A stretch of 64,000 bases of DNA from the NCBI GenBank assembly GCA_020632515.1, contig JACKFK010000006.1:11876-75875 (forward strand), in the 5' to 3' direction. This document shows positions 35,988 through 45,881 of the stretch, one piece after another (positions within the stretch are counted from its first letter, which is position 1; the number at the start of each line of letters is the position of its first letter). The position numbers were made by a program, and so were the translations under genes. The notes beneath the pieces are model-generated. The model was not told the origin of the DNA and made no database searches. It saw only the letters and a program-made list of their open reading frames with translations. The stretch is from Candidatus Omnitrophota bacterium (lineage in GTDB: Bacteria; Omnitrophota; Gorgyraeia; Zapsychrales; Zapsychraceae).

Positions 35988-37163
35988 ATGCGCGATTTTC
36001 TTAATGAAAAACTAAATGAATTGGAACAAAGTAATCTTAAACGTGAATTGCGATTGTTGGAAGGTGCGCAAAGTCGGGAAATTGTCATAAACGGTAAGCG
36101 TGTGTTGAATTTTTGTTCGAATGATTATCTTGGTCTTGCTGGGAATTTACAATTGATACAGGCAGCGAAAGAATCTCTCGATAAAGAAGGTTTTGGGAGC
36201 GGAGCGTCACGATTGGTGTGTGGTAATATGAGCGCGCATCAACAGCTTGAAAAGAAAATGGCTGAATTTAAGAAAACGGAACGCTGTTGTTTATTCAGTT
36301 GTGGATATATGGCTAATGTCGGAATTATCTCCAGTATTTTTACTAGAGAAGATATTATTTTTTCAGATAAATTAAATCATGCTTCAATTGTCGACGGAAT
36401 TGCTCTGAGCCGAGCTAAGTATAAGCGCTATCCGCATAAAGATATGGACGCGTTAGAACAGATGTTAAAGGCTGCGAAGGATTTTAGGAAAAAAGGAATT
36501 ATCACCGATAGTGTTTTTAGTATGGATGGTGATGTGGCACCATTAAAGGAGATTGTAACGTTAGCCAAGAAATATCAGTGTTTAGTCATGGTTGATGAAG
36601 CGCATGCTTTAGGTGTCATTGGTCAAGATGGACGGGGATTAGTGTCACATTTAGGATTAGAGGAAGATATTGATATTCAAATGGGAACGTTTTCGAAAGC
36701 TGTTGGTTCATATGGAGCGTATTGTTGTGGATCCAAATCTTTGGTGGAATATTTGATTAATAAAGCCCGCAGTTTTATTTATACAACAGGGTTACCACCG
36801 GCTATTTGCGCGGCATCTTTGAAAGGCATTGAGATAATTGAATCAGATTATCAGCGGCGACAACAGTTATGGGATAATACCTATTTTGTCCGGGGAGAAT
36901 TAACTAGCGCGGGGTTTAACACTCTTTATTCTCAAACGCCGATACTACCGATTTTGTTAAAAGACTCCGCATTAGCAGTGGAGTTTTCCAACCGTTTATT
37001 TGAGGAGGGTATTTTTGTTTCAGCGATTCGTCCGCCAACAGTTCCAACTAATTCCGCGCGGTTGCGTTTAACATTGATGGCAACGCATAGCGTTAAGGAT
37101 GTAGAATATCTCGTCAGAAAGATTAAGGAAATAGGAAAATATTTGAAAGTTATTCATAATTAA
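35988..37163 (+). CDS. bioF: 8-amino-7-oxononanoate synthase
   Basis: NFCSNDYLGLA, the HASIVDG motif, and the PLP-Lys in GTFSKAVGSYGA. Start moved to the ATG at 35988, after TAGGAG. Confidence 0.85.
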   Translation: MRDFLNEKLNELEQSNLKRELRLLEGAQSREIVINGKRVLNFCSNDYLGLAGNLQLIQAAKESLDKEGFGSGASRLVCGNMSAHQQLEKKMAEFKKTERCCLFSCGYMANVGIISSIFTREDIIFSDKLNHASIVDGIALSRAKYKRYPHKDMDALEQMLKAAKDFRKKGIITDSVFSMDGDVAPLKEIVTLAKKYQCLVMVDEAHALGVIGQDGRGLVSHLGLEEDIDIQMGTFSKAVGSYGAYCCGSKSLVEYLINKARSFIYTTGLPPAICAASLKGIEIIESDYQRRQQLWDNTYFVRGELTSAGFNTLYSQTPILPILLKDSALAVEFSNRLFEEGIFVSAIRPPTVPTNSARLRLTLMATHSVKDVEYLVRKIKEIGKYLKVIHN

Positions 37164-37174
37164 AGGAAAAATAA

Positions 37175-37978
37175 ATGCCGACAAAAAAAGGGAGTACAGG
37201 AATTGAATGGTTTTATGAAGTAGAAGGGAGCGGTGAGACTTTGCTGTTTCTTCACGGGTGGGGAGTAGACCGGCGGATCTGGCGGCAGCAGACTAAACAT
37301 TTTTGTGAATCTTATCAGGTGATCAGTATTGATTTACCAGGTCATGGGCAAAGCAGTTTTGTTCATGTTTCGATGGAAGAGATGGTCAAAGATATTGGCG
37401 TAATTTTAAACGATTTAGGATTGGATAATATTACACTTATTGGCAGTTCTCTTGGCGGACTTTTTGGGTTAAAACTATACTCTACTATTCCGGAAAAATT
37501 TAAGCGTCTGGTCTTTGTCGGATCAATGCCGAAATTTTCTCAGTCTGAGGATTATCCGTATGGATTGGATATTAAAAGGATTCGTAAATTAAACGGTCAA
37601 TTAGATACAGCATATCCTTCAATTGTTGACATTTTCTTCCGGTCGCTGTTTACGCAGGAAGAACGCGAATCGAGGCGGTTTAAGTGGCTACAAAAGTTTA
37701 GAAAAACAGATAGTAAGCCGATTAAAAAAGCGTTGGCTGAATATTTAAGTATTATGGAAAAGGAAGACTTGCGGCAGGAATTGAGAAAAGTAACAGTGCC
37801 GATGCAGTTTATTAACGGTCGGGAAGATCAGATCTGTTGCGCGAAAACAACGGCGTATCTTCAGGGGATTTTACCACACGCTCGGTTTGATTTTTTCGAG
37901 AACTGTGGGCATTTTCCATTCTTAAGTAAACCATATGAATTTAATGAAATGTTAGAGCGATTTTTAAAAGAGACATAA
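37175..37978 (+). CDS. bioH: Alpha/beta hydrolase, probable pimeloyl-ACP methyl ester esterase
   Basis: LLFLHGWG, the nucleophile elbow IGSSLGG and the C-terminal GHFPFLS. It sits between bioF and bioC. Confidence 0.6.
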   Translation: MPTKKGSTGIEWFYEVEGSGETLLFLHGWGVDRRIWRQQTKHFCESYQVISIDLPGHGQSSFVHVSMEEMVKDIGVILNDLGLDNITLIGSSLGGLFGLKLYSTIPEKFKRLVFVGSMPKFSQSEDYPYGLDIKRIRKLNGQLDTAYPSIVDIFFRSLFTQEERESRRFKWLQKFRKTDSKPIKKALAEYLSIMEKEDLRQELRKVTVPMQFINGREDQICCAKTTAYLQGILPHARFDFFENCGHFPFLSKPYEFNEMLERFLKET

Positions 37979-37980
37979 CG

Positions 37981-38772
37981 ATGATACTACGTTTTATAGA
38001 TGAAAAAATCAGGAAATCTTTTTCCGATGCCGCGTTAGAGTATGATGTGTTAACAAGTTTACATAAAGAAATAGGAAGAGAACTTTTAAAGAAATGTTTA
38101 AATAAAGATTGTACGGAGAAAATTCTTGATATTGGTATGGGAACAGGTTGGTTGACTGGAAAATTAAAGTTTTATTTCCCGGAATCTAAGGTTGTCGGCA
38201 TAGATTTCTCTCCGGGAATGATTGCGCAGGCAAAAAAGAATAATGAGGGTTATGTTATCATTCAGGCTGACGCGAATACGTTACCATTTAAGAATCAGCA
38301 GTTTGATATTGTGATTTCCAATTTAGCTTTGCAGTGGATTAAGGATTTAAAGAAGGTTTTTGCCGAGGTTCATGCGAAACTAAATGATGACGGGCTATTT
38401 CATTTTACGATGTTTGGGCATAATACATTTAAGGAGCTGTTTTTATCCATTGAAAGAGTTAAATCAGAGGAGGGACGATCTAAGCCTATAGAAATTCACC
38501 GTCTGGCTTCTTTAAAAAACATTGAAGATGCGATCAAACAGGCAGGATTTGAGGATGTTAATGTCGATTATGAACTGATTAAGGTGCGTTTTCCAGATAT
38601 GCTGGGATTGGTGAAATGGATTAAGGACATTGGTGCAAATAATTTGGATAGGAATTTTTTTATCGGTAAGGAATTGTTGCAAAAAGCTAACGCGTATTAT
38701 AATCAGACTTTTGTTGATCGGTTAGGTGTACATGCAACGTTGGAAGTGATATGGGGTCAGGCGCGAAAATAA
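37981..38772 (+). CDS. bioC: Malonyl-ACP O-methyltransferase
   Basis: SAM motif ILDIGMGTGWLT and the BioC-typical FDIVISNLALQWI. Confidence 0.75.
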   Translation: MILRFIDEKIRKSFSDAALEYDVLTSLHKEIGRELLKKCLNKDCTEKILDIGMGTGWLTGKLKFYFPESKVVGIDFSPGMIAQAKKNNEGYVIIQADANTLPFKNQQFDIVISNLALQWIKDLKKVFAEVHAKLNDDGLFHFTMFGHNTFKELFLSIERVKSEEGRSKPIEIHRLASLKNIEDAIKQAGFEDVNVDYELIKVRFPDMLGLVKWIKDIGANNLDRNFFIGKELLQKANAYYNQTFVDRLGVHATLEVIWGQARK

Positions 38773-40808
38773 AATCTAAAGCTGTTTTTATTACAGGGAC
38801 AGATACCGATGTGGGGAAAACAGTGGTCACTTTTGTGGTTGGGGCCCTTCTTCAAAAAAGAGGATGCGATGTCGGTGTCATGAAGCCTGTGCAATGTTCA
38901 GGAGAAGACGCCGCATTCTTAAGAAAAAATCTTAATGTAACCGATTCTCTGCAAGACATTAATCCGTATTATGCGGAGGAACCTCTTTCTCCTCATCTCG
39001 CTTTTCAACGGCAGCACATTCATTTTAAAAAAGAGAAAATATTTGCTGCTTATCGACGATTACAAGAAAGGCATGATTTTTTAATCGTTGAAGGAGCTGG
39101 AGGAGTGTTGGTCCCGATCACACCGAAGTATTTGATGATTGATTTGATTAAGGATTTGGATCTGGATGTTGTGATCGTTGCGCGGTTAGGGTTAGGGACT
39201 ATCAACCATACGTTGCTTACGATTAATCAGATTAAAGGTTATGGATTAAATGTGCGCGGTGTCATTTTTAATGAAACAGAGCAAATCAGTAAAGGTGTGG
39301 CAGAACAAACCAATCCGCAGGCGGTGAAGAAAATTGGCCAGGTTCCTGTTTTAGGTGTAGTGCCCTATCTAAAAGAAATTTCTCAAAAGGAAATTGAGAA
39401 AAAATGCGTTGGTATAGCAATTAGTCAAATTCTTAATGAGAAAGAAAGAAGTGGAAATCCTTCATCGGCATTAAAAAGATGGGATAAAGATTATCTTTGG
39501 CATCCTTTTACACAAATGCAGGATTGGTTGCAAGAAGATCCAATTGTTATCGAAAGAGGTGAAGGAAATTATCTAATTGATAGTGATGGTAAAAAGTATT
39601 TAGATGGTATTTCCAGTCTTTGGGTGAATGTCCACGGGCATAATCATCCGCAGATCAATCAGGCGATTAAAAATCAAGTTGATAAAATCAGTCATTCGAC
39701 ATTATTGGGTTTATCTAACGTGCCGGCGATTCAATTAGCTAAGAAGTTGGTTGAAATCACACCCTCAGGATTGGATAAGGTTTTTTATTCGGATAATGGA
39801 TCAACGGCCGTTGAGATTGCTATTAAGATGGCGTATCAATATTGGCAAAATGCTGGACAAATTAAAAAGACGGATATTGTTCATTTGGCGAATTCTTATC
39901 ATGGCGATACGTTGGGTAGTGTGAGTGTCGGCGGGATTGAGCTATTTCATCAAGTATATCGCAAGTTAATTTTTAAAACGATTCAATTAGATTTTCCGGA
40001 TTGTTATCGTGCTCCTAAAGGAAAAGTATATCCGGATTATGCGTTTGAGTGTTTAGAACGGTTTGAGCAGATCTTAAAGACAAAGCATCATTCCATTGCG
40101 TGTTTGGTGCTTGAACCGATTGTGCAAGGTGCGGCAGGAATGATAATCTGGCCGGACGGTGTATTAAAAGGCATGGCGCAGTTGTGCAGACAATATGATG
40201 TTCTTTTGATTGCCGATGAAGTGGCCACCGGATTTGGCCGTACTGGTAAAATGTTTGCCTGCGAACATGAGAAGGTAATTCCCGATATCATGTGTTTGGC
40301 GAAAGGTATTACCGGCGGATATTTACCTTTGGCAGCAACCATGGTTTCTCAGCGGATTTTTGACGGATTTGTTTTTGATTATAAAGATCAAAAGACTTTT
40401 TTTCATGGACATACATATACCGGGAATCCTTTAGCGTGCGCGGCTGCGTTGGCAAACATCAATATCTTCAAAAATGATAGGACTTTAGAAAAATTACAAA
40501 GCAAGATAAAACACTTGTCGCAACAGTTGCCCATGTTTTATAATCTTAACTTTGTAGGCGATGTCCGCCAGAAGGGATTTATGGTAGGCATTGAGTTGGT
40601 TAAAGATAAGGTGACAAAAGAACCGTTTCCTTGGCAAGAGAAAATGGGCGTGCGTGTATGTCAAGCAGCAAGAGCTCAGGGAGTTATGCTGCGACCGTTA
40701 GGGAACGTTATTGTTTTGATGCCATCTTTATCGATATCAGTGAAGGAAATAGATCAGCTTATAGGAGTAACATATCAAGCGATAAAACAGGTAACGGAAG
40801 ATGATTAA
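38751..40808 (+). CDS. bioDA: Fused dethiobiotin synthase (N-terminal) and adenosylmethionine-8-amino-7-oxononanoate aminotransferase (C-terminal)
   Basis: The N-terminal third has the BioD P-loop FITGTDTDVGKT and VEGAGG. From about aa 250 it is BioA (DKDYLWHPFTQM, SDNGSTAVE, ADEVATGFGRTG, PLP-Lys in CLAKGITGGYLPL). It is one uninterrupted 685-aa frame. Confidence 0.85.
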   Translation: MGSGAKIKSKAVFITGTDTDVGKTVVTFVVGALLQKRGCDVGVMKPVQCSGEDAAFLRKNLNVTDSLQDINPYYAEEPLSPHLAFQRQHIHFKKEKIFAAYRRLQERHDFLIVEGAGGVLVPITPKYLMIDLIKDLDLDVVIVARLGLGTINHTLLTINQIKGYGLNVRGVIFNETEQISKGVAEQTNPQAVKKIGQVPVLGVVPYLKEISQKEIEKKCVGIAISQILNEKERSGNPSSALKRWDKDYLWHPFTQMQDWLQEDPIVIERGEGNYLIDSDGKKYLDGISSLWVNVHGHNHPQINQAIKNQVDKISHSTLLGLSNVPAIQLAKKLVEITPSGLDKVFYSDNGSTAVEIAIKMAYQYWQNAGQIKKTDIVHLANSYHGDTLGSVSVGGIELFHQVYRKLIFKTIQLDFPDCYRAPKGKVYPDYAFECLERFEQILKTKHHSIACLVLEPIVQGAAGMIIWPDGVLKGMAQLCRQYDVLLIADEVATGFGRTGKMFACEHEKVIPDIMCLAKGITGGYLPLAATMVSQRIFDGFVFDYKDQKTFFHGHTYTGNPLACAAALANINIFKNDRTLEKLQSKIKHLSQQLPMFYNLNFVGDVRQKGFMVGIELVKDKVTKEPFPWQEKMGVRVCQAARAQGVMLRPLGNVIVLMPSLSISVKEIDQLIGVTYQAIKQVTEDD

Positions 40809-40836
40809 TAAATATTCAAATAATAAAAGTGAAGAA

Positions 40837-41928
40837 ATGAATAATAAAACGAAAAAAGTGTTTGTTGCCATGAGCGGAGGCGTGGATTCGTCGGTGGTTG
40901 CTGCCTTGATGAAGGAACAGGGTCATGATGTCGTTGGTGTAACAATGTGTTTTAGCATTACGCATCCTGATAGTAAGAAACCTTCTTGTTGTGGTGTCGA
41001 CGGGATTCAAGACGCAAAAAGAGCAGCGCAGATTTTAAATATTCCTCATTATGTTTTGGACTTTGCCAAAGATATCAATGAGTATATTATCGATAATTTT
41101 ACTGATGAATATTTAAATGGCCGTACACCGAATCCGTGTGTGCGCTGTAATCAGCATTTAAAATTCGGGACACTTTATCAAAAGGTGATGAGTTTAGGTG
41201 CGGATTATCTGGCGACAGGCCATTATGCCAAGATTCATTTTAATTCGGATAAGAATTGTTATGAAATGAAGAAGGCGCAAGACGAGCGCAAAGATCAATC
41301 GTATTTTCTTTACAGTATGAAAAAGGAAACGTTGCCGCGGGTGTTATTTCCTCTAGGGGATTTAACAAAAGCTGAAGTTCGTGTTTTAGCGGAAAAATAT
41401 AAGTTAAATACGGCCGATAAACCGGAAAGCCAAGATATCTGTTTTGTGCCGGATTCCGGTTATAAAAAGTTTATTGAAAATCGAGTTGGAGAATCAGCGT
41501 CTACGCCTGGAAATTTTGTGAATGAAAAAGGTGAAGTGGTTGGTGAACATAAGGGGATTATCAACTATACTATTGGCCAACGGGATAAGTTAGGTATTGC
41601 TTTAGGTCATCCGGTGTATGTTTATAAGATCGATAAAGATACAAATACTGTTTTTGTCGGTCCTCGGGAATTTCTTTATGCTCAGGGTCTTCATGCCCGA
41701 GGGTTCAATCCGGTAAGCAGAGAATTTCCAATAAATGCGCCTATAGAAGTGCAGGCTCGTATTCGTTACAATTCTCCGGAAGTTGACGCGCAATTAATTT
41801 ATTTAGGTAATGGAGAGGTTACGGTCAGATTTAAGGAACCTCAAAAATCAGTCACACCTGGACAGTCGGTTGTTTTTTATCAAGACGACGTGGTTCTAAG
41901 TGGCGCGATTATTGAAAAATCGATTTAG
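40837..41928 (+). CDS. mnmA: tRNA-specific 2-thiouridylase
   Basis: PP-loop VAMSGGVDSS, NPCVRCN, LATGHYA and KDQSYFL. Confidence 0.9.
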   Translation: MNNKTKKVFVAMSGGVDSSVVAALMKEQGHDVVGVTMCFSITHPDSKKPSCCGVDGIQDAKRAAQILNIPHYVLDFAKDINEYIIDNFTDEYLNGRTPNPCVRCNQHLKFGTLYQKVMSLGADYLATGHYAKIHFNSDKNCYEMKKAQDERKDQSYFLYSMKKETLPRVLFPLGDLTKAEVRVLAEKYKLNTADKPESQDICFVPDSGYKKFIENRVGESASTPGNFVNEKGEVVGEHKGIINYTIGQRDKLGIALGHPVYVYKIDKDTNTVFVGPREFLYAQGLHARGFNPVSREFPINAPIEVQARIRYNSPEVDAQLIYLGNGEVTVRFKEPQKSVTPGQSVVFYQDDVVLSGAIIEKSI

Positions 41929-41937
41929 GAGTATGGT

Positions 41938-42930
41938 ATGAACAAAGTTATTCTTTATTATAATTTTGCTGAAGTGGATAACCCTGATAATTTCTGCCGT
42001 GAGCATAAACGAAAGTGTCAGCAATTAAACCTGTTTGGGCGGGTTTATATTGCGGGAGAAGGAATTAACGGGACGTTAGGAGGAGCTGTTGAGCAAATTG
42101 AACAATACAAACAATATTTGTGGTCTTTGACTGGATTTGAAAAAACAGAGTTTAAAGAAGACGAAGTTGTGGAATGTCCTTTTGTTAAATTGATTGTCAA
42201 AACACGTCCTGAGATTGTTACATTAAAATCGAAAACACCGATTGATTTGACCAAAGAAAAAGGAAAGTATTTGGATCCGCAGGAATGGAAAGAGATTTTA
42301 TCCACCAGAGACGATATTCAGTTGATTGATGTACGCAATAATTATGAAACTGTTGTAGGGCATTTTGAAGGCGCTCTTTGTCCAGATATTGAAAATTTCT
42401 ATGATTTTGAGGAGTGGGTAGATCGGAGTAATTTGGACAAGAACAAAAAAACTCTGATGTATTGCACTGGAGGTATTCGTTGTGAGAAATTTTCAGTGTT
42501 AATGGAGAAAAAAGGTTTTAAAGATGTGTTGCAGCTTCATGGCGGAATCATTAATTACGCGAAGACAGTTGGCGGTGCGCATTATAAAGGAAAATGTTTT
42601 GTTTTTGATGATCGTTTAACGGTTCCTATTGAAGAAGAGCAAAAAGAACCTCTTGGACGATGCGCGATATCAGGCATTCCTTGTGACACGTATATCAATT
42701 GCCATAATATGGATTGTAATCGATTATTTATCTGTTCGGAAGAGGCAGCTAGAAAGCTTAATGGCTGTTGTAGTGAGTCTTGTATGCAATCTGTTCGATG
42801 TAGGCCGTTTGATGCTGAGAATATTTATGCGCCATCACGAAAGTGGTATCAGTATTATGGAGAAAATGAATGGCTGGATATTCGTCAAAAACGGCAAAAG
42901 CAAACTATTCAATCGGAGAAAGGAAAATAA
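41938..42930 (+). CDS. trhO: Rhodanese-domain tRNA uridine(34) hydroxylase (YceA/TrhO, UPF0176)
   Basis: GRVYIAGEGINGT, the rhodanese active-site loop MYCTGGIRCEK, and a Cys-rich C-terminal extension. Confidence 0.8.
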   Translation: MNKVILYYNFAEVDNPDNFCREHKRKCQQLNLFGRVYIAGEGINGTLGGAVEQIEQYKQYLWSLTGFEKTEFKEDEVVECPFVKLIVKTRPEIVTLKSKTPIDLTKEKGKYLDPQEWKEILSTRDDIQLIDVRNNYETVVGHFEGALCPDIENFYDFEEWVDRSNLDKNKKTLMYCTGGIRCEKFSVLMEKKGFKDVLQLHGGIINYAKTVGGAHYKGKCFVFDDRLTVPIEEEQKEPLGRCAISGIPCDTYINCHNMDCNRLFICSEEAARKLNGCCSESCMQSVRCRPFDAENIYAPSRKWYQYYGENEWLDIRQKRQKQTIQSEKGK

Positions 42931-44202
42931 ATGAGTATTACTCTTAATCGTGAACATCTTAAAGGTTTTGTTGAGCAAAAAGACATTGTAAAAATATTTC
43001 CTAATATTGAAAGAGCGCATAATGAATTAGACGAAAGAACGGGTGCTGGGGGAGAAATGACGGGTTGGACCGATTTACCTTCCAGAATTGAAGATAAATT
43101 CTTAGATGAGCTTGTCCAATTAGGAGATGAGGTTCGATCGCATTCAGATTGTTTGATAAGTATCGGGATTGGGGGTTCTTATTTAGGTATTCGCGCGACA
43201 GTTGAGTATTTAAGAGATTTTAAAATTCCTGTATATTACGCCGGTAATAATATGAGCGTGGATTATTTGCATCAGCTTTTAGAAACAGTAAAAGATAAGA
43301 AAATTAGTGTTGTGGTTATTTCAAAATCAGGAACAACTACTGAGCCGGCGATTGCTTTTCGGATCATTAAGAAATTCTTGGAAGAGAAATATTCAAAGGA
43401 AGAGTTAAAGAAAAGGATTATTTGTGTTACGGATGGTAAGAAGGGCGCTTTGCGAAAAATTGCCGATAATAACGGATATCGTTCCTACGTCATTCCTGAT
43501 GATGTCGGGGGCCGGTTTTCGATCTTAACTCCAGTGGGGTTGGTTCCTTTAGCGATTGCCGGAGTGGATATTAAATCTTTAGTGGCGGGCGCGCGAAAAG
43601 GGCAGGAAGAATATTCAAAGTTGGACGTCGAAAATAATATCGCGTATCAATATGCGGCGATCAGATATCTTCTTTATAAAAAAGGGAAATATATTGAAGT
43701 AACAGCATCATTTTACGACAACATGTATTACGTGATTGAATGGTGGAAACAATTGTATGGAGAAAGTGAAGCTAAAGATGGTAAAGGTATTTTTCCATCT
43801 TCGCTGATTATGTCTACCGATCTTCATTCTATGGGGCAGCTTATGCAGGAAGGTGCGCGTAATGTCTTTGAAACTTTCATTGATATTGAGCGGCCGAAGT
43901 ATAAATTAAGCATTCCGAAAGATGATGAGGATTTGGATAAGTTTAATATTGTGGCTGGAAAAGATTTAGATTATGTTAACACGCAAGCTTATAAAGCAAC
44001 TGCTTCGGCGCATTTTGAAGGCGGAGTTCCTAATATGACGTTATCGCTTTGTCAGTCCGATGAATTTCATTTAGGCGAATTATTTTATTTTTATGAAAGA
44101 GCCGTAGCAATATCTGGATATTTGTTAAATATTAATCCATTTAATCAGCCTGGAGTTGAGGCTTATAAAACAAAAATGTTTGCATTGTTAGGGCGGGTAT
44201 AA
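42931..44202 (+). CDS. pgi: Glucose-6-phosphate isomerase (short bacterial type)
   Basis: IGIGGSYLG, ISKSGTTTEP, GGRFS and NQPGVEAYK. Confidence 0.85.
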   Translation: MSITLNREHLKGFVEQKDIVKIFPNIERAHNELDERTGAGGEMTGWTDLPSRIEDKFLDELVQLGDEVRSHSDCLISIGIGGSYLGIRATVEYLRDFKIPVYYAGNNMSVDYLHQLLETVKDKKISVVVISKSGTTTEPAIAFRIIKKFLEEKYSKEELKKRIICVTDGKKGALRKIADNNGYRSYVIPDDVGGRFSILTPVGLVPLAIAGVDIKSLVAGARKGQEEYSKLDVENNIAYQYAAIRYLLYKKGKYIEVTASFYDNMYYVIEWWKQLYGESEAKDGKGIFPSSLIMSTDLHSMGQLMQEGARNVFETFIDIERPKYKLSIPKDDEDLDKFNIVAGKDLDYVNTQAYKATASAHFEGGVPNMTLSLCQSDEFHLGELFYFYERAVAISGYLLNINPFNQPGVEAYKTKMFALLGRV

Positions 44203-44226
44203 CTAGTTTATATTGACGCTAACTCA

Positions 44227-44256
44227 TTGACAAATACAGGTTTATGTGTTAAAAAT
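44227..44256 (+). promoter_or_regulatory. Candidate sigma70-type promoter
   Basis: TTGACA (44227-44232), a 17-nt spacer, then TAAAAA/AAAAAT. It lies about 35 nt upstream of the 44289 ORF. Confidence 0.25.
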
Positions 44257-44288
44257 ATTCAACTTTAATTTATAAATCTGAATCTTTT

Positions 44289-44813
44289 GTGTCAATGGGC
44301 CAAAAGAATATTAAAAAAATTTTTATCGGAATTATCTTTTTAGCTATTGCCGGACTATGTCTAGGCGTTGCTTGGAATTTGTTACGAGAATCCGCCTCTT
44401 CAGCAGCAATTATCCCTCCAGAGAATCTTCCTTCGAAAATAGTTAACGAAGTTGTAGATAATCGTGAGAAAACTGTTGAGCCGCAGTCTGAACCTGCTCG
44501 GGAAAGTGAACGATCGGATTCAATTGATTTAGCGATTTTGGTTAAGAATGCTCAAACATTATATGGGCAAGAAGAAATTGATCGTAAAGAAGGCGTGTTA
44601 TGGATTGATCAAGAACAATCACGGTTTGTAATTACATTAGGAGCGGTTCAAGGTCTTGTTAAGGGAAGTGAATTGTCTGTTTATAATGGAAATAAAGCTA
44701 TTGGGAAAGTAAAAGTTGAGACATTATTAGATGTGGTTTCTTATGTGGAACCGATCGATATTGAAGAGTTAATGAAGGATAATTATTATAATGTTATTAT
44801 AGATTCACGATAA
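44289..44813 (+). CDS. Membrane-anchored hypothetical protein
   Basis: One N-terminal TM helix (IFIGIIFLAIAGLCLGVAW), an acidic linker and a beta-rich C-terminal domain. I recognise no family. Confidence 0.4.
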   Translation: MSMGQKNIKKIFIGIIFLAIAGLCLGVAWNLLRESASSAAIIPPENLPSKIVNEVVDNREKTVEPQSEPARESERSDSIDLAILVKNAQTLYGQEEIDRKEGVLWIDQEQSRFVITLGAVQGLVKGSELSVYNGNKAIGKVKVETLLDVVSYVEPIDIEELMKDNYYNVIIDSR

Positions 44814-44988
44814 ATTTTTCTTCAAGCAAATCTTTATTTCAACTATATATAATTTCTTCCAAAGTAATTTTTCTTGTTATCAAATTATGAAAGCCTTAAA
44901 ATGTAGTGAGTTTTTATAAGAAAACTGTTAGTTTTTATTATTATAATTTATTGATTTATCTGTTTAATTGGATAAAAGGGAGGGGTTT

Positions 44989-45153
44989 ATGGGACGATTT
45001 GGTGCTGTTGAAATTATGTTGGTTGTTGTGGTGATTATTCTTCTTTTCGGTTGGAAGAAATTGCCGGAAATAGGAGAATCTGTTGGAAAGGCATTGCGGG
45101 AGTTTCGTAAAGCAGGCAAAGATTCTGATGATGAATCCGACAGAAAAAAATAA
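44989..45153 (+). CDS. tatA: Twin-arginine translocase subunit TatA/E
   Basis: MGRFGAVEIMLVVVVIILLFGWKKLPEIGESVGKALREFRKA. AAGGGAGGGG lies upstream of the ATG at 44989. Confidence 0.85.
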   Translation: MGRFGAVEIMLVVVVIILLFGWKKLPEIGESVGKALREFRKAGKDSDDESDRKK

Positions 45154-45161
45154 TACTGTAT

Positions 45162-45881
45162 ATGTCAAAGATAACAAATGAATACACATTTTTTGAACAT
45201 TTGGATGAATTAAGAATTCGTTTAATTAAGATTGCGGTAACAATTGTTATCGCGGCTTTTGGTGTTTATGGGTTTATTGATCGTTTAACCGATTATATTG
45301 TTCGTCCAGTCGGTCAATTAGTCTTTACCTCTCCAGCAGACGCTTTTATGGCGCAGATCACATTAACGTTTCTAGGCGCCATAGTTATTGCGTCGCCGAT
45401 CATTATTTTTCAAATATGGCGGTTTATAGTTTTAGGGTTGCGGACACAAGAAGTTAAATTTGTTCGTGTATTTGCGCCGATTTCATTGCTGTTATTTCTA
45501 GCTGGCGGATTATTTGCATATTTTATTATTGTTCCAATATCCATTCAGTTTTTGTTGAGTTTTTCTTCTCATAATTTGGTCCCGATGATTACTGTCAAAA
45601 GTTATATATCTTTCGTTGGTATGATGGTCTTGGCGTTTAGTGTTGTCTTTGAGTTGCCGCTCATATTAATGTTTCTCACCAAAATAGGGATTGCTACACC
45701 AGCATTTTTAATCCAGAAAAGAAGACACGCGATTATATTGATTCTTATTGTTAGTGCTTTAATAACACCTCCTGATGTGGTGTCACAATTAATGTTAGCT
45801 ATTCCATTAGTTGGTTTATATGAGATAGGAATAGTTGCTTCACGAATTGTATACCGGAATAAGAAGATTGGAAGCTGTTAA
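45162..45881 (+). CDS. tatC: Twin-arginine translocase subunit TatC
   Basis: FFEHLDELRIRLIK, six TM segments, and LITPPDVVSQ. Confidence 0.9.
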   Translation: MSKITNEYTFFEHLDELRIRLIKIAVTIVIAAFGVYGFIDRLTDYIVRPVGQLVFTSPADAFMAQITLTFLGAIVIASPIIIFQIWRFIVLGLRTQEVKFVRVFAPISLLLFLAGGLFAYFIIVPISIQFLLSFSSHNLVPMITVKSYISFVGMMVLAFSVVFELPLILMFLTKIGIATPAFLIQKRRHAIILILIVSALITPPDVVSQLMLAIPLVGLYEIGIVASRIVYRNKKIGSC

